From: Flavobacteriaceae bacterium
GTDB lineage: Bacteria > Bacteroidota > Bacteroidia > Flavobacteriales > Flavobacteriaceae
Assembly: GCA_020346245.1 (NCBI GenBank)
Contig: CP070778.1
Location: 2,250,070 to 2,314,069 of the forward strand
Length of the DNA: 64,000 nucleotides
Direction of reading: 5' to 3'
Part shown: piece after piece, positions 38,099 through 47,527 of the stretch
Layout: every line of letters begins with the position of its first letter
Position numbering within the stretch: the stretch's first letter is position 1
Made by a program: the position numbers and the translations under genes
Notes under the pieces: generated by a model
What the model saw: only the letters and a program-made list of their open reading frames with translations
What the model was told of the DNA's origin: nothing
Databases searched by the model: none

Positions 38099-39535
38099 TT
38101 AACTCCATAGTCTGTCCCACGCTCTGATCTTGTCCCATTGCGGAGTGGGAGCAAATAATTTTTCGCCTTTGATCAAGTATTTCTTTACAACTTCTTCATT
38201 CAATTCCACCCCTAACCCGGGTTTGTCCGGAACGGTGACATAACCATCTTCTACAATAGGACCTTCGAGTCCTGTAACCAGGTTTTCCCAATCCTTCTTG
38301 TCCACGGCATGATGCTCCAACCACATAAAATTTTCCGTGGCTGCCGCACTATGTACACACCCAATAAATGATACAGGACCTGCGGCATGATGATGCATAA
38401 ACCCAATTCCATGTTTTGAAGCAAAATCGCCTATTTTTTTTGTTTCCAGGATCCCACCGGCCGTATTTGGATCTGGGTGCACAATATCTACTGACCTGGT
38501 TTTAATAAGTTCTTCAAAACCACCCTCAAGTCTGTAGATATCCTCTCCTGTTTGGGTAGGAGTAGTGGAGGACTGCGTAATTTCTTTCCATTGTTCGGTG
38601 TATTGCCATGGAATAATATCCTCTATATATGCCAGGTTATAAGGCTCTGTAGCCCGGGCAATTTTGATCGCCTCATTCACACCAAAATGACCCCAATGAT
38701 CCGTGCCCATAGGAATGTCATAGCCAATTTTAGAGCGCATCACATCCAGATATTCCATTAACAGATCTATGCCTTTGTCCGTAATCTGAATCCTTGTAAA
38801 AGGGTGCTTTGTTTGGTTGTAGGGCTGATATTCATAACGATAGGGATTATAGTCCGCATCCGGAGAATTAATTATTGCTCCGGGTATGTCTTTGATAAGG
38901 TTAATACCAATATCCATCTTAAGCGCGGTATATCCCTGATCAATTCTGGCCTGCATTCTATTGGCATATTCATTGGCATCCCTGGAAACCGTAGTATCGC
39001 AATATACGCGTACTTTATCCCTGTACTTACCCCCCAGCATTTGGTAAACCGGCACATTATAAGCCTTACCGGCAAGATCCCAGAGGGCCATTTCCACACC
39101 AGATACCCCACCTCCCTGTCTTCCATGAAATCCAAATTGCTTTATAATTCCAAATAAGCGTTCCACATTGCAGGGGTTTTCTCCCAAGATCCGGCTTTTT
39201 AAAAACAAAGCGTATTCCTTTGCTGCGCCATCGCGTACATCGCCATGCCCAACAATACCCTGATTTGTATAAATCCTGACTATTGGAGTTCGGAACGCAA
39301 CATCTCCTCCAATTTCCGCAATACGCATATCGGTAATCTTAAGGGTTGACGGACTGGAGTTCCTGTTCACATTTTGGGATACATAAGAAAGCTGGTCATT
39401 TGCCGATGCTGTGGTTAACCCTGCCAGACTGAGCCCTCCCAAACCTACTTTCCTTATAAAATCACGGCGTCCTTTAGAGTCATTTTGCCTTGCATTTTCC
39501 ACGGGGTTTTCCTTTTTATTGTTGTGCATATTCAA
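38099..39535 (-). CDS. Enolase superfamily (mandelate racemase-like) acid-sugar dehydratase with Tat-like signal
   Basis: GRRDFIR, EMALWDLAGK, LGGKYRD, KxD and D/E/E metal ligands (DHWG, IED, TGED). Confidence 0.9.
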   Translation of the reverse strand: MNMHNNKKENPVENARQNDSKGRRDFIRKVGLGGLSLAGLTTASANDQLSYVSQNVNRNSSPSTLKITDMRIAEIGGDVAFRTPIVRIYTNQGIVGHGDVRDGAAKEYALFLKSRILGENPCNVERLFGIIKQFGFHGRQGGGVSGVEMALWDLAGKAYNVPVYQMLGGKYRDKVRVYCDTTVSRDANEYANRMQARIDQGYTALKMDIGINLIKDIPGAIINSPDADYNPYRYEYQPYNQTKHPFTRIQITDKGIDLLMEYLDVMRSKIGYDIPMGTDHWGHFGVNEAIKIARATEPYNLAYIEDIIPWQYTEQWKEITQSSTTPTQTGEDIYRLEGGFEELIKTRSVDIVHPDPNTAGGILETKKIGDFASKHGIGFMHHHAAGPVSFIGCVHSAAATENFMWLEHHAVDKKDWENLVTGLEGPIVEDGYVTVPDKPGLGVELNEEVVKKYLIKGEKLFAPTPQWDKIRAWDRLWS

Positions 39536-39574
39536 TGAGTATTGATGGGTTATTGAAATAGAAATTTTATTGAA

Positions 39575-40501
39575 TTACCATGTCCTGGTTTTTAAATAGT
39601 TGTCAAGTTCTTCTTTGCTCATTGGCAGCTTGTCCCGATTTTCTTCAATCCAATTCAAAAAATCAGTTTTAATCGCCTCCGTCCATTTTGTGTCAATTTC
39701 GCCGGGGGTATACTTTCCTTGTTTCAGTCTCAAATGACCAAATTCATCTTTTAAAGCCACAAATTCTGCCTGTGTTATGACCTGTTCAACAAGGTGGGCA
39801 GGAATAAAAATTACGCCCTCACGTTTGGCCAATACCAGATCGCCAGGCATTACGGTAGACCTGCCAATTCTTATTGGGGTATTTAAACCTGTAAGCATCA
39901 TGTCTTTTATAAAAGATGGATCCCAGCCCCTTACAAATGCATTGAACCCTTCAATGCGCTCCAATCCTTCAAGGTCTCTTAAAGAGCCATCAAAAACTAC
40001 CCCATTTCCGGAATTAGCATAAATGGCGTTACCCAGATTGTCTCCGATAAGAGTGCCATCAATAATTTTTCCAAATCCATCGGCCACATAAATATCCCCC
40101 TGCTGCAAAGCGTCAATTGGCCAGGAATTAGACGCTCCTATTCTTCCTTCTTCTTTTCCCTTTTTTGTTATCATATCATTGATATCAGGCCTGGTTGGCA
40201 TGTATTGAGCTGTTAGTGCCCGTCCTGTCATTGGCATATCTTCATGTATCATCATCCAACCACCTTCAAATTGATTGTAATACCCCTGGCCTCTCATAGC
40301 GCCCCAGGCCTCTTCAATGGAGATGTTTTTGGCGCGCTCCAGGTAACTATCGGGTATTTTAGGCCGGCCATCTTCAAATCTTTCCCCAGACCAGGCAGAA
40401 GTATAAGCAATCATCTGTTCCCTGGACATAGTCTGAGCGTTCAATGGTGTGTAAATAAGGAAATATATGGATAGGAAGAAATAGAAAAAACAGCTTTTCA
40501 T
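39575..40501 (-). CDS. RraA/HMG-aldolase family protein with signal peptide
   Basis: GRALT, IGDNL, DGSLRD and PGDLV...GVIFIP motifs; signal peptide ending LNA-Q. Confidence 0.85.
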   Translation of the reverse strand: MKSCFFYFFLSIYFLIYTPLNAQTMSREQMIAYTSAWSGERFEDGRPKIPDSYLERAKNISIEEAWGAMRGQGYYNQFEGGWMMIHEDMPMTGRALTAQYMPTRPDINDMITKKGKEEGRIGASNSWPIDALQQGDIYVADGFGKIIDGTLIGDNLGNAIYANSGNGVVFDGSLRDLEGLERIEGFNAFVRGWDPSFIKDMMLTGLNTPIRIGRSTVMPGDLVLAKREGVIFIPAHLVEQVITQAEFVALKDEFGHLRLKQGKYTPGEIDTKWTEAIKTDFLNWIEENRDKLPMSKEELDNYLKTRTW

Positions 40502-40710
40502 GATTGGTCAGTAGTTAAATGGTTAATAGGAATTTTAGCTACTTAAGATAACCAAAAAAATTGTAAAAAAAAGCAGCGAAGCTGTTTAAAGCGGTAGAGA
40601 AACCTGTTTACAATAGCAACAATAATTTGTTAGGTAATTATACCTGAAACCATCCTAACGGACAATTCTGCTATCCATTACAAACGGTCTTATTGGTATT
40701 GTCTGTGTGC

Positions 40711-40747
40711 AATAAATAAAGGGGAATCTTTTTGGACCCCCCTTTAT
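40711..40747 (-). terminator. Intrinsic terminator after hemN-usp
   Basis: ATAAAGGGG...CCCCTTTAT inverted repeat, followed by a T-rich tract on the minus strand. Confidence 0.7.
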
Positions 40748-40775
40748 CATATCAAATTAATTATTCAACCTAAAA

Positions 40776-41600
40776 CTATATTTTGAATGTAATCACTGGA
40801 ATTTTAGAATGGTTGGTAATATCCTCTCCAATACTTCCCATAAAGAAGTGCGAGAGTCCTTTCCTGCCATGAGTTGGGATACCAATTACATCGGCATGGA
40901 TACTTTCACTAAAATTTAAAACGCCTTTTTCCACACTATAATCATTATAAACGCTTACTTCCTTGCCTGCACCGGCTTTTTGCAAATATTTATTCACTTT
41001 TTCGTATGCATCCTGTGTGCTTAAAAAGTTGTCCCCGGGAGTATTTATGTAGACCAAATGCAGTTTAGCCGATAATTTATCTGCAAACTCCTTGGCTTTT
41101 TTAAAGGCTACAAGGCTTTCATCCTTAAAGGCACACGCAAATACAAAATTTTCGGCTTTGAAATCTTCCATTTCATCCTTAATTACAAGAACCGGAATCT
41201 CAGAGTTTCTAACTACTTTTTCGGCGTTTGAACCTACAAATATTTCTTTAAGTCCATCGCTGCCATGTGAGCCCATAATGATCATATCAGCACCATGTTT
41301 TTTAGCAACATCATTAACTTCACTAAATACTTTAAAGTGCTTAATAATAGGTGTCACCTTCTTTACATCCTGCAAATAAGGTTTATCTAAGAACTCGTTT
41401 ATTCGTTTTTCCGCCATCTTAATCAGGAATACCGTTTGTTCCGGGTGAAATCCTTCTGAAGATGAAATCATTGCCTCATTTAATTCGAGCATATGCAATG
41501 CTATAATTTCGGAGCCATGCTTTTTTGAAAGGCTGGCTGCAACTTTTAAAGCATTTTCTGATTGCTCTGAAAAGTCAATTGGTACAATAATTGTTTTCAT
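40776..41600 (-). CDS. Universal stress protein (tandem USP domains)
   Basis: IIVPIDFS, GSHG..FVGSNAEKVVR and THGRKG..MGS motifs. Confidence 0.93.
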   Translation of the reverse strand: MKTIIVPIDFSEQSENALKVAASLSKKHGSEIIALHMLELNEAMISSSEGFHPEQTVFLIKMAEKRINEFLDKPYLQDVKKVTPIIKHFKVFSEVNDVAKKHGADMIIMGSHGSDGLKEIFVGSNAEKVVRNSEIPVLVIKDEMEDFKAENFVFACAFKDESLVAFKKAKEFADKLSAKLHLVYINTPGDNFLSTQDAYEKVNKYLQKAGAGKEVSVYNDYSVEKGVLNFSESIHADVIGIPTHGRKGLSHFFMGSIGEDITNHSKIPVITFKI

Positions 41601-41630
41601 AATCTTAGATTTTAAGGTGAATAAACACTT

Positions 41631-42992
41631 TTAAATAGTCATGGAAAACAGTCTTGTCTCAGGTGCTTTCCTATGTAATAACAAATCAAAAGCCATACAT
41701 ATGTTTCTTATGAAGGGCCTTCCTTTTTCGGTAACTTTTATACTATTAACGCTAATTTCAACTAATTCGTCTTTCTCCATTTCCCTTAGCCTGGTCAAGA
41801 TCTGTTCTAAAAATTCTAAATTTTTACTTTCAGAATCCCAACTTGTCTCAAATCTACACATTAAATTCAATATATGTCCTCTAATAATTTGATCTTCCTC
41901 AGTTAAGATATGTCCTCTATATATAGGTACGATCTTATTTTCCACGAGGTGTTCATATTCCTCCAGACTTTTAACGTTCTGCGCAAAGCTATACCAGCTA
42001 TCACTAATACTCGATACCCCAAGGCCAATCATCAATTGGGTTTTAGAAGCCGTATACCCCATAAAATTTCTATGAAGTTTTCCGGATTCCATGGCAGTGT
42101 ATAAAGAATCGCTTTCCAATGCAAAATGATCCATTCCAATTTCATGGTAACCTACCTCGGCTAATAAAGATTTTCCACTCTCGTACTGGTTACGTTTTTC
42201 TTCAGCTGTAGGAAGATCTTCATCTTTATATCCTCTTTGCCCATTCCCTTTAAGCCAGGGTACATGGGCATAACTATAAAAGGCCAGGCGATCGGGCATA
42301 AGCGATTTAGTTTTTAAAATGGTATCCTTAACATGCTCCAGAGTCTGATATGGGAGCCCAAAAATTAAATCGTGGCCTACAGATGTATATCCAATTTCAC
42401 GAGACCATGCTGTAACATCTCTAACCTTTTCAAAAGGCTGTATTCGGTGAATTGCTTTTTGTACGGTTTCATTATAATCCTGCACCCCATAACTCACCCT
42501 TCTAAAGCCCAGGTCAAATAACACTTGTAAATGTGCCCTGGTAGTATTATTTGGATGTCCTTCGAAGCTAAATTCATAATTTTCGGCTCTTTCAGCATGC
42601 CTGAATATTCCGTTTATTAATATTCTAAGATGTTCCGGAGAAAAGAAAGTTGGCGTTCCGCCTCCCAAATGCAATTCCTTAATTATGGGTTTGACATCAA
42701 AAAGCTCGCAATATAAACTCCACTCTTTTAATAAGGTATTTATATAAGGTTTCTCTACTTCATGCCTTTTTGTAATACGCTTATGGCAGCCACAAAACGT
42801 ACACATTTGTTCACAAAATGGTAAATGAATATAAAGACTAATGCCTTCTTCGGCATTACTTTCTTCAAAACTTTTCTTTAGGGTAGATTTCCAGGCTTTT
42901 CCGGAAAAAGTGTCCATATTCCAGTAAGGAACTGTAGGGTAACTGGTATAACGCGGGCCGGGGATATTGTATTTGTGTACTAAGTTGCACAT
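41631..42992 (-). CDS. hemN: Oxygen-independent coproporphyrinogen III oxidase
   Basis: GPRYTSYP, CEQMCTFCGC, GGGTP, GMDHF and RNFMGY motifs. Start reassigned to ATG 42992 because the -7 box (43018-43011) lies inside the longer ORF. Confidence 0.95.
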   Translation of the reverse strand: MCNLVHKYNIPGPRYTSYPTVPYWNMDTFSGKAWKSTLKKSFEESNAEEGISLYIHLPFCEQMCTFCGCHKRITKRHEVEKPYINTLLKEWSLYCELFDVKPIIKELHLGGGTPTFFSPEHLRILINGIFRHAERAENYEFSFEGHPNNTTRAHLQVLFDLGFRRVSYGVQDYNETVQKAIHRIQPFEKVRDVTAWSREIGYTSVGHDLIFGLPYQTLEHVKDTILKTKSLMPDRLAFYSYAHVPWLKGNGQRGYKDEDLPTAEEKRNQYESGKSLLAEVGYHEIGMDHFALESDSLYTAMESGKLHRNFMGYTASKTQLMIGLGVSSISDSWYSFAQNVKSLEEYEHLVENKIVPIYRGHILTEEDQIIRGHILNLMCRFETSWDSESKNLEFLEQILTRLREMEKDELVEISVNSIKVTEKGRPFIRNICMAFDLLLHRKAPETRLFSMTI

Positions 42993-43041
42993 CTGAAATA
43001 GTGTTTTCAACAAATCTATTTGTTTTATGATCAATATAACA

Positions 43042-43053
43042 TGACATAAATCA
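43042..43053 (-). promoter_or_regulatory. Fnr-like box upstream of hemN-usp
   Basis: TGATTTATGTCA, 23 nt upstream of a perfect TAGATTTG (43018-43011). Confidence 0.78.
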
Positions 43054-43134
43054 GTTTTAAATTATGGTTAAATCTGTGTATAGCTTATGATTCCCATTTT
43101 AAAAACTTATTTTTGCCGCCATAACAATAGAATT

Positions 43135-44031
43135 ATGACTCTTTTACTAATGGCGGCAGGAAGAGGCAGCCGATATGGAAAACTTAAACAATTTGACGGG
43201 CTGGGGCCTAAGGATGAATTTCTTATGGAATTCAGTATCAACGATGCTTTAGAAAATGGTTTTGATCATATCGTTGTAATTACCCAGAAGGACAATGTTG
43301 ATTTTCTCAAAAATTACCTGTCTCCAAAATTACCGAAACATATAAAGCTCGATGTCCTTTCACAGGAGCTTTCGGACCTACCTGAAGGAACAGGATTTAA
43401 AGGGGAAAGAAGTAAACCCTGGGGAACTGCTCATGCCGTCTGGACGGCCAGACATGTCATCAAAGATTCATTTGCAATTATAAATGCAGACGACTACTAT
43501 GGAAAAGGAGCCTTTAAAAATGCGTCCCATTTTATAAAAACTCGGGAAGACAAGGATGCATATGCCCTGATAGCATATACCCTTTCCGATACCCTTTCGG
43601 AATATGGTTCTGTTTCCAGAGGAGTTTGCAAAAGGGATGGAAATAAATTGCATTCCGTAGTGGAACGTACAAAAATTCAAAAAGTGAACGAAGGGCTCAC
43701 AGATGAAGATTCCGGACTTCACTTCAGCGGAGATGAATTGGTGAGTATGAATTTTTGGGTTTGTAATCCTTCTATTTTTGACCATATTGAAAATGATCTT
43801 CGAATATTTCTTGAAAATGAGGAAAACATTGCCGGCGGGGAAGTATATATTCCTTTTGTTATTCAAAAAATGTTAGAGCAAAGCGAAGTGAGTGTTGCGG
43901 TAATACCTTCAGATAGCAAATGGTTTGGGGTAACTTATGCCGATGATAAGGAAAAAGCTATGAAGGAATTGCAGGACATGACGGAACTTGGAGAATACAG
44001 AACGCCACTGTGGCCTGTTAAATCAGTATAG
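43135..44031 (+). CDS. Sugar-phosphate nucleotidyltransferase
   Basis: MAAGRGSRYG..KQ, PWGTAHA and NADDYYG motifs; start 43135 lies downstream of the -7 box TATTTTTG (43108-43115). Confidence 0.88.
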   Translation: MTLLLMAAGRGSRYGKLKQFDGLGPKDEFLMEFSINDALENGFDHIVVITQKDNVDFLKNYLSPKLPKHIKLDVLSQELSDLPEGTGFKGERSKPWGTAHAVWTARHVIKDSFAIINADDYYGKGAFKNASHFIKTREDKDAYALIAYTLSDTLSEYGSVSRGVCKRDGNKLHSVVERTKIQKVNEGLTDEDSGLHFSGDELVSMNFWVCNPSIFDHIENDLRIFLENEENIAGGEVYIPFVIQKMLEQSEVSVAVIPSDSKWFGVTYADDKEKAMKELQDMTELGEYRTPLWPVKSV

Positions 44032-44040
44032 ACTTTATCC

Positions 44041-45093
44041 ATGGATAATAATGGCCCCTCTGCTGTATTGCCATATTTTTCCATTGAAAGAAGGAACTTT
44101 AAAATACAGCTCATAAGTCAGGGTTATATCAATGACACTTTCGCCCTGTTGCAGGAAGGTGACCCCTGCTATATTTTACAACGGCTTAATGCTAAAGTCT
44201 TTAGCAATATTGATGTAATGATGCAGAATATTCATTATGCGTTACCCTACCTAAACGATAAAAATTACCACCAAATATCATTAATAAATACTGTCGACGG
44301 CAAGCCCTATTTAAAACTTAGCGAAAGTGAATCCTGGCGATTAATGACCATGGTCCCAAACAGTGCGGCTTTTAACAGCATAGAAGATAAAACAATGGCC
44401 GAAGAAGCCGGCAGAATAATTGGAAAATTCCATTCCCTTTTGGAAGAGGCCCCAGTAGATAAATTTAAGGATTCCATACCCGGGTTTAATGACCTTTCTT
44501 TGCGTATCCGACAATTTGAAGAAGCCCTGAAAGGTACAGCCCCAAACAGATTAAAATATGCAGAAAAGGCAATTCTTATTGCAAAAAAAATACTCGAAGA
44601 ATTACGTCTTTATGATCCCGGAAACTTGCCTCTCAGAATTTGTCATAACGACACCAAACTAAATAATATCCTCTTTGATAAAACGGATAAACGAGCACTA
44701 TGCCTGATAGATCTTGATACTATAATGAAAGGTTATTTTCACTACGATTTTGGTGATGCCGTCCGAACTATAGTTAATACCGCAGAAGAAGATGAAAAAG
44801 ACCTCAGTAAAATAACATTTAACAAAGATCTCTTTGAGGCATTTGTTGATGGGCTGTGCATGAATTCGGATTTTCTGACTGAAGCAGAAATTCAATATTT
44901 GTCACGAGGGGTAAAAATAATGCCTTTTATGCATGGGATCAGGGCATTGACAGATTATTTACAGGGAAATATCTACTATAAAGTGACTTATGAAACTCAG
45001 AACCTGGATAGATGCCTTAGCCTGTTTGCCTTTACACTAAAAGCTACAGAGCATATGGCATATATGCAGGAAATTATAGCTAAGAAATTCTGA
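44041..45093 (+). CDS. APH-fold anomeric sugar kinase (NahK/AmgK-like)
   Basis: GYINDT, YILQR, HNDTKLNN, IDLDT and DFGD motifs. Confidence 0.82.
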   Translation: MDNNGPSAVLPYFSIERRNFKIQLISQGYINDTFALLQEGDPCYILQRLNAKVFSNIDVMMQNIHYALPYLNDKNYHQISLINTVDGKPYLKLSESESWRLMTMVPNSAAFNSIEDKTMAEEAGRIIGKFHSLLEEAPVDKFKDSIPGFNDLSLRIRQFEEALKGTAPNRLKYAEKAILIAKKILEELRLYDPGNLPLRICHNDTKLNNILFDKTDKRALCLIDLDTIMKGYFHYDFGDAVRTIVNTAEEDEKDLSKITFNKDLFEAFVDGLCMNSDFLTEAEIQYLSRGVKIMPFMHGIRALTDYLQGNIYYKVTYETQNLDRCLSLFAFTLKATEHMAYMQEIIAKKF

Positions 45094-45103
45094 AGGCACA
45101 GCT

Positions 45104-46282
45104 TTATTTAAAGGCATTATGGCCTGTAATATCCGCACCGGTTATGAGTAAATGAATATCATGAGTCCCTTCATAGGTGATTACACTTTCCAGGTTCATC
45201 ATATGGCGCATGATACTATATTCTCCGGTAATACCCATACCTCCGAGAACCTGTCTGGCTTCCCGGGCTATCTTAATTGCCATATCAACATTGTTTCGTT
45301 TGGCCATTGAAATTTGAGCAGTAGTAGCCCTTCCTTCATTTTTTAACTGTCCCAGGCGAAATGCCAAAAGTTGCGCTTTGGTAATTTCGGTAATCATCTC
45401 TGCCAATTTCTTTTGCTGTAGCTGAGTTGCAGCGATTGGTTTTCCAAATTGGATTCGTTCCTTAGCATACCGAAGGGCAGTATCGTAGCAATCCATGGCG
45501 GCCCCTATGGCACCCCAGGCAATGCCATACCGTGCAGAGTCCAGACATCCTAAGGGAGCACCAAGCCCATTTTTGCCGGGCAACAGGTTTTCTTTAGGAA
45601 CCTTGACATTATCAAATATTAATTCGCCGGTTGCAGAAGCCCTAAGCGACCATTTATTATGGGTTTCCGGCGTTGAAAATCCTTCCATTCCCCTTTCCAC
45701 AATTAATCCGTGAATTCTTCCTTCTTCATTTTTAGCCCAAACAACGGCTATATCCGCAAATGGGGAATTAGAGATCCAAAGTTTAGCTCCGTTTAATAAA
45801 TAATGATCTCCTTTATCTTTAAAATTGGTTACCATCCCACCTGGGTTAGATCCATGATCCGGTTCGGTTAAACCAAAACAACCCATATATTCTCCTGTAG
45901 CCAATTTAGGCAAGTACTTCTTTCTTTGCTCTTCCGTACCATATGCAAATATTGGGTACATCACCAGGGAAGACTGAACCGAAGCCGTAGAGCGAACCCC
46001 ACTATCACCACGCTCAATTTCCTGCATAATAAGTCCATAGCTTATTTGGTCCAGGCCGGCTCCGCCATATTCCACAGGAATATATGGCCCGAAAGCTCCA
46101 ATTTCTGCAAGTCCTCCTATAATTTGTTTCGGGAATTCCGCTTTTTGAGCAAATTCCTCAATTATTGGGGTGATATCGCGCTTTACCCACTGACGGGCGG
46201 CATCCCGCACTAACTTGTGTTCTTCACTTAAAAGCTCATCAAGGTTATAGTAATCTGGTGCTTCAAACAAGTCTGGCCTCAT
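45104..46282 (-). CDS. gcdH: Glutaryl-CoA dehydrogenase
   Basis: ERGDSG.RS..SVQSSLVM, GCFGLTEPDHGS, RYGIAWG and TYEGTHDIH motifs; own -7 box TACCTTTG (46306-46299). Confidence 0.9.
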   Translation of the reverse strand: MRPDLFEAPDYYNLDELLSEEHKLVRDAARQWVKRDITPIIEEFAQKAEFPKQIIGGLAEIGAFGPYIPVEYGGAGLDQISYGLIMQEIERGDSGVRSTASVQSSLVMYPIFAYGTEEQRKKYLPKLATGEYMGCFGLTEPDHGSNPGGMVTNFKDKGDHYLLNGAKLWISNSPFADIAVVWAKNEEGRIHGLIVERGMEGFSTPETHNKWSLRASATGELIFDNVKVPKENLLPGKNGLGAPLGCLDSARYGIAWGAIGAAMDCYDTALRYAKERIQFGKPIAATQLQQKKLAEMITEITKAQLLAFRLGQLKNEGRATTAQISMAKRNNVDMAIKIAREARQVLGGMGITGEYSIMRHMMNLESVITYEGTHDIHLLITGADITGHNAFK

Positions 46283-46378
46283 TCGTAAAAATTTTTATCA
46301 AAGGTAATTAAAGGAATATAACAAACCAATGAAGACAATGGACATTTTATAACAAAAAACAGCTTTGAAAGGGAGGGC

Positions 46379-47488
46379 TTATGCATTAATAAATTCTGCT
46401 AAAAGCCGGTGAAAGTGATGAACCCCTTTTTCGCGTGTTGGTGAAAATCTGCCTGCCTTATAAAAACGAGACAGAATACCCTTCTGCACACCTTCAACCA
46501 CAGCTTCATCTTCCATTTCTACCTTATCTAATTGCGAACCAGCCCCCTTATCTAATTTTGAAGGATCGTAAACATAGCTATAGAAGGAGACTTTAGTCTT
46601 GTTCATTTCAAGAGGCTGTACCAAATTTACAGAAACACCCCAGGGATAAAAATTAAACATCATATTTGGAAAGACCCAATAGTAATAAGCTGCTATTTTC
46701 TTTCCATAATCCGGATGATTTTCAGGAAGATCAAAGACCTCTTCCGTATCTTCTGCATAGCCAATCTGCAAATTCATGTGGTCATGCAAGATAGTATCAT
46801 AATCACCGTAGTCTAACACTGCATTCAGGTCTTCATGAACAAAAGGAATATGAAAACCTTCCAAATAATTATCACAATACAATGCCCAGTTCGCATTTAT
46901 AAAATAGTCCTTATTTCGTTTTGCATCAGGTTTAAACTCATTCAAAGGCAAAAATCCTATCCTCTTATTCATGGCTTCCAATACCTTATGCAGTTCAAAT
47001 GCAGGATTGAGGCCTACAAATAAAAAAGGTCCCCAATGCTGTAATGGAAATTTTTTGAGGTTGTCACATGGCCTTGGGAAATTCTCAACATCTTCAAATT
47101 CCGGCATATGCTCCATTTTGCCATGAAGATCAAAGCTTCGCCCATGGTAACCACAAACAAGTTTTTTAGTAGCTCCAGTTCTTTCAACAACCAAATTCCC
47201 GCGATGCGTACAGACATTGGTAAGGCAGGAAAGCTTCCCTGCCTTATCCCTTGTTAAAAGCATGGGTTCAGTTAAAAATTTATCCAGTAAAATAAATGGA
47301 TACGTGTTCTGCCCGGAACCCATTAACTCTTCATGGCCGATCCATTGCCACGACCTGCAGAAAACGCGCTCCTTTACAGCCTCAAAATAATCAGGATTGC
47401 GATAAAATGAGGCTGGCAAAGTTTCTGCCTTTCTAATATCCGGATCAATTCTAAGTTTTTCTGTCACCGAGTTATTTAATTTGTACAT
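46379..47488 (-). CDS. Rieske non-heme iron oxygenase alpha subunit (choline monooxygenase/CntA-like clade)
   Basis: CTH...CGYH Rieske motif; DNYLEGFHIPFVH and EDE iron ligands; VQKG. Confidence 0.88.
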   Translation of the reverse strand: MYKLNNSVTEKLRIDPDIRKAETLPASFYRNPDYFEAVKERVFCRSWQWIGHEELMGSGQNTYPFILLDKFLTEPMLLTRDKAGKLSCLTNVCTHRGNLVVERTGATKKLVCGYHGRSFDLHGKMEHMPEFEDVENFPRPCDNLKKFPLQHWGPFLFVGLNPAFELHKVLEAMNKRIGFLPLNEFKPDAKRNKDYFINANWALYCDNYLEGFHIPFVHEDLNAVLDYGDYDTILHDHMNLQIGYAEDTEEVFDLPENHPDYGKKIAAYYYWVFPNMMFNFYPWGVSVNLVQPLEMNKTKVSFYSYVYDPSKLDKGAGSQLDKVEMEDEAVVEGVQKGILSRFYKAGRFSPTREKGVHHFHRLLAEFINA

Positions 47489-47527
47489 TTAAAAATATAT
47501 AATTCTTTTCAGAACCAACCAAAACCA

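Noticed and set aside
40502-40710. Long intergenic gap with a small hairpin (40571-40587) and AACGG repeats, considered as an sRNA
   Set aside because: Weak stem, only 7-codon ORFs, no clear -7 box and irregular repeat spacing.
42993-43134. Longer starts for hemN (43034) and the nucleotidyltransferase (43087)
   Set aside because: Both extensions contain the -7 promoter boxes, and the family motifs begin at the downstream ATGs.
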